From assembly GCA_028693955.1 (NCBI GenBank), contig JAQUUH010000001.1:16260-80259 (forward strand): a stretch of DNA of 64,000 bases, written 5' to 3'. The notes beneath the pieces were generated by a model, which saw nothing but the letters and a program-made list of their open reading frames with translations, had not been told where the DNA came from and searched no databases. Shown one piece after another: positions 63,112 to 64,000 of this stretch (within the stretch, counting starts at the first letter, position 1; each line of letters opens with the position of its first letter). This stretch comes from Bacilli bacterium (lineage in GTDB: Bacteria > Bacillota_I > Bacilli_A > RFN20 > UBA1709). The translations under genes and the position numbers were made by a program.

Positions 63112-64000
63112 TTATTTCTTAGAGTTAATACTTATAGAAAGTTCATCTAGTTGTTGTTGGGAAACTTCAGTTGGAGCTTCAGTCATTGGACAAACTGCAG
63201 AAGCATTTTTAGGAAATGCAATTACATCTCTAATACTATCGCATCCACACAATATCATCGCAATTCTATCAATTCCAAATGCAACTCCACCATGAGGAGG
63301 TGTACCATATTTAAAAGCATTTATAAAGAAGCCAAATTTATTTTCAATTTCCTTATTAGTTAATCCTATTATGTCAAATACCTTTCTTTGTATTTCTTGA
63401 TCGTATATTCTTAAAGAACCACTTCCAAGTTCATAACCATTTAAAACAAGGTCATAGTGATGGGCTCTAACTTTATGAGGGTCTGTGTAAAGAAGAGGGA
63501 TATCCTCATCATATGGTCTAGTAAAAGGATGATGAGTTGAACTGTAAGTGTTACTTTCATAATCGTAATCAAATAGTGGAAAATCGACTACCCATAGCAT
63601 GTCATATCCTACTAATAATTCATTTTTAAATTTCTTACCAAGCGTAGTTCTAATTGCACCTAAAGAAGTACAAACATATTCCCATTCCTTTCCAGCAACA
63701 GCAAAAATCATATCACCATTTTTTAAATTAAGAACTTCAGACAATTCTTTTTTTTCTTTTTCAGATAATATCTTTGACATTTGACCTTCAAAATTATTAT
63801 TTAAAAATCTCATCCACATTAATCCTTTAGCATGATTTTTCTTAGCAATTTCTGTCAACTCATCAATAGTTTTTCTCGAAATATCAGTAGATTTATCTTC
63901 AACTTTTATGGCTTTAACTACTCCATTATTACTTAATGAATCCTTAATAATAAAAGTCTCATTATTAACTAAAATATTGCTTATATCAACCAATTCATAA
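63112..64000 (-). CDS. aspS: aspartate--tRNA ligase, C-terminal catalytic part (N-terminus lies beyond the window end)
   Basis: Class II motif 3 GGVAFGIDRIAMIL and GSGSLRI. The frame stays open past nt 64000. Confidence 0.85.
   Translation of the reverse strand, partial: YELVDISNILVNNETFIIKDSLSNNGVVKAIKVEDKSTDISRKTIDELTEIAKKNHAKGLMWMRFLNNNFEGQMSKILSEKEKKELSEVLNLKNGDMIFAVAGKEWEYVCTSLGAIRTTLGKKFKNELLVGYDMLWVVDFPLFDYDYESNTYSSTHHPFTRPYDEDIPLLYTDPHKVRAHHYDLVLNGYELGSGSLRIYDQEIQRKVFDIIGLTNKEIENKFGFFINAFKYGTPPHGGVAFGIDRIAMILCGCDSIRDVIAFPKNASAVCPMTEAPTEVSQQQLDELSISINSKK

Noticed and set aside
63104-63363. Plus-strand ORFs of 63 and 70 aa near 63104-63363
   Set aside because: They are antisense to the aspS catalytic domain, with no RBS and no conservation signal.

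Overview
This window is AT-rich (roughly 28% GC) chromosomal DNA from a low-GC Firmicute (Bacillota) using the standard genetic code, since TGA is used as a stop. Gene order follows several Bacillus subtilis housekeeping neighbourhoods. These are hemW-hrcA-grpE-dnaK-dnaJ ... rsmE-mtaB-deoC-rpsU-phoH-ybeY-cdd-era-recO-glyQS-dnaG-sigA-trmK ... cshB-nfo, then efp-asp23-nusB-xseA-xseB-ispA-dxs-tlyA-recN-spo0A, then xerD-deoB, then yqeG-yqeH-yhbY-nadD/yqeK-rsfS, and finally parE-parC, plsY, yneF-tkt and aspS. Several Bacillus genes are missing from these runs (prmA, dgkA, aroD, ahrC, spoIVB, fur), so the lineage looks reduced, possibly Erysipelotrichia-like; that taxon guess is inference. I found no rRNA, tRNA, CRISPR array, transposase or phage genes. 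The non-backbone content is: (i) a clpB gene and a galactoside/Leloir cluster (ThiF-like E1, GH36 alpha-galactosidase, GH2 beta-galactosidase-like, galK, galE, galT) sitting between dnaJ and rsmE; (ii) an antisense Na/Pi cotransporter plus an orphan C39-peptidase-domain protein inside the phoH-ybeY run; (iii) a Spo0A orthologue with an altered acidic pocket; (iv) a fused NadD-YqeK protein; (v) CIRCE operators at both hrcA and clpB; (vi) a 250-nt aspS-tkt intergenic region with a perfect 10-bp inverted repeat. Two ribosomal protein genes below the ORF-track size cutoff (rpsU, rpmG) were recovered by hand. Many genes appear to use GTG or TTG starts placed behind good Shine-Dalgarno sequences.
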